Assembly: GCF_006345805.1 (NCBI RefSeq)
Contig: NW_021834470.1
Coordinates: 1,007-65,006, forward strand
Source: Octopus sinensis
Lineage: Eukaryota
Direction: 5' to 3'
DNA length: 64,000 nucleotides
The position numbers were made by a program, and so were the translations under genes. The notes beneath the pieces are model-generated. The model ran no database searches, was not told the origin of the DNA, and worked only from the letters and a program-made list of their open reading frames with translations. The stretch's first letter is position 1; each line of letters begins with the position of its first letter. Below are positions 63,576 to 64,000 of the stretch, piece after piece.

Positions 63576-63725
63576 ATAAATACTCTTATTATGTAATTTG
63601 ATAATTCTGTCAATTTTTTTGTTCACATTGGTTTATATCTGTCATATTCTTTTTGTAAACAAATGAGATAGACTAATAAAAAAACACATGGAAACATATT
63701 TTTAAACGAATTAATTACTAATTAA

Positions 63726-63845
63726 GATTGCCATACCTTATGCATCTTTTATTAATTTATTATTGACAACTCCTTTTGATTGCCATACATTATGCATCTT
63801 TTAATTAATTTATCATTTACAACTCCTTTTGATTGCCATACATTA
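63726..63845. repeat. ~54-bp tandem repeat, two units plus a partial third
   Basis: gattgccatac[c/a]ttatgcatctttt...caactcctttt starts at ~63726, ~63778 and ~63832; the first unit mirrors 1-56. Confidence 0.8.
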
Positions 63846-64000
63846 CACTCCATGTAACAAAAAACCGGATTTTCGAATGCTTAATTTTTTTATATTCTGT
63901 TTATAATTTTAAACTTTTTTTAATTTATAATGATAATCTTCGTAACTTTTCTTTTTATAATTTTTCAATAATCTTTTTGTACAGCTAAACTGACTATATT

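Larger units (their letters stand above)
33041..63778 (-). repeat. Right arm of the ~30.7-kb inverted repeat
   Basis: Reverse complement of 1-30719, with scattered homopolymer indels and substitutions concentrated in some TE copies. Confidence 0.98.

Noticed and set aside
1-64000. rRNA, tRNA or snRNA/spliced-leader targets for the RLE elements
   Set aside because: I recognised no such RNA gene sequence at any element junction by eye; a covariance-model scan (Infernal/tRNAscan-SE) would be needed to exclude them fully.

Overview
This is AT-rich eukaryotic DNA made almost entirely of nested, mostly decayed transposable elements. They include CRE-like and R4/Dong-like restriction-like-endonuclease (RLE) retrotransposons, RTE and APE-type LINEs, DD34E Tc1 elements, pogo/Tigger elements and hAT remnants. 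The dominant structure is one giant inverted duplication: 1-30719 is the reverse complement of about 33041-63778, around a 2.3-kb unique spacer (30720-33040). The innermost ~325 bp of each arm is an APE-endonuclease fragment. On the right it sits inside a Tc1 transposase between 25-bp direct repeats; on the left it continues into its apparent source. The spacer plus the start of the right arm reads as a coherent locus: a 5'-inverted LINE, interrupted by a three-layer Tc1 nest, abutting a hAT remnant. I recognised only two host-gene relics, an RPS3 copy and a TRPA1-like ankyrin fragment, both with 23-25-nt introns. This points to a tiny-intron metazoan parasite; a myxozoan is my best guess and is an inference. 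Most arm-to-arm differences are homopolymer indels, so many frameshifts are probably sequencing errors and the palindrome itself may be an assembly or amplification artefact. I saw no rRNA, tRNA or CRISPR array. All family assignments come from motif recognition by eye, not database searches, and boundaries of decayed remnants are approximate.
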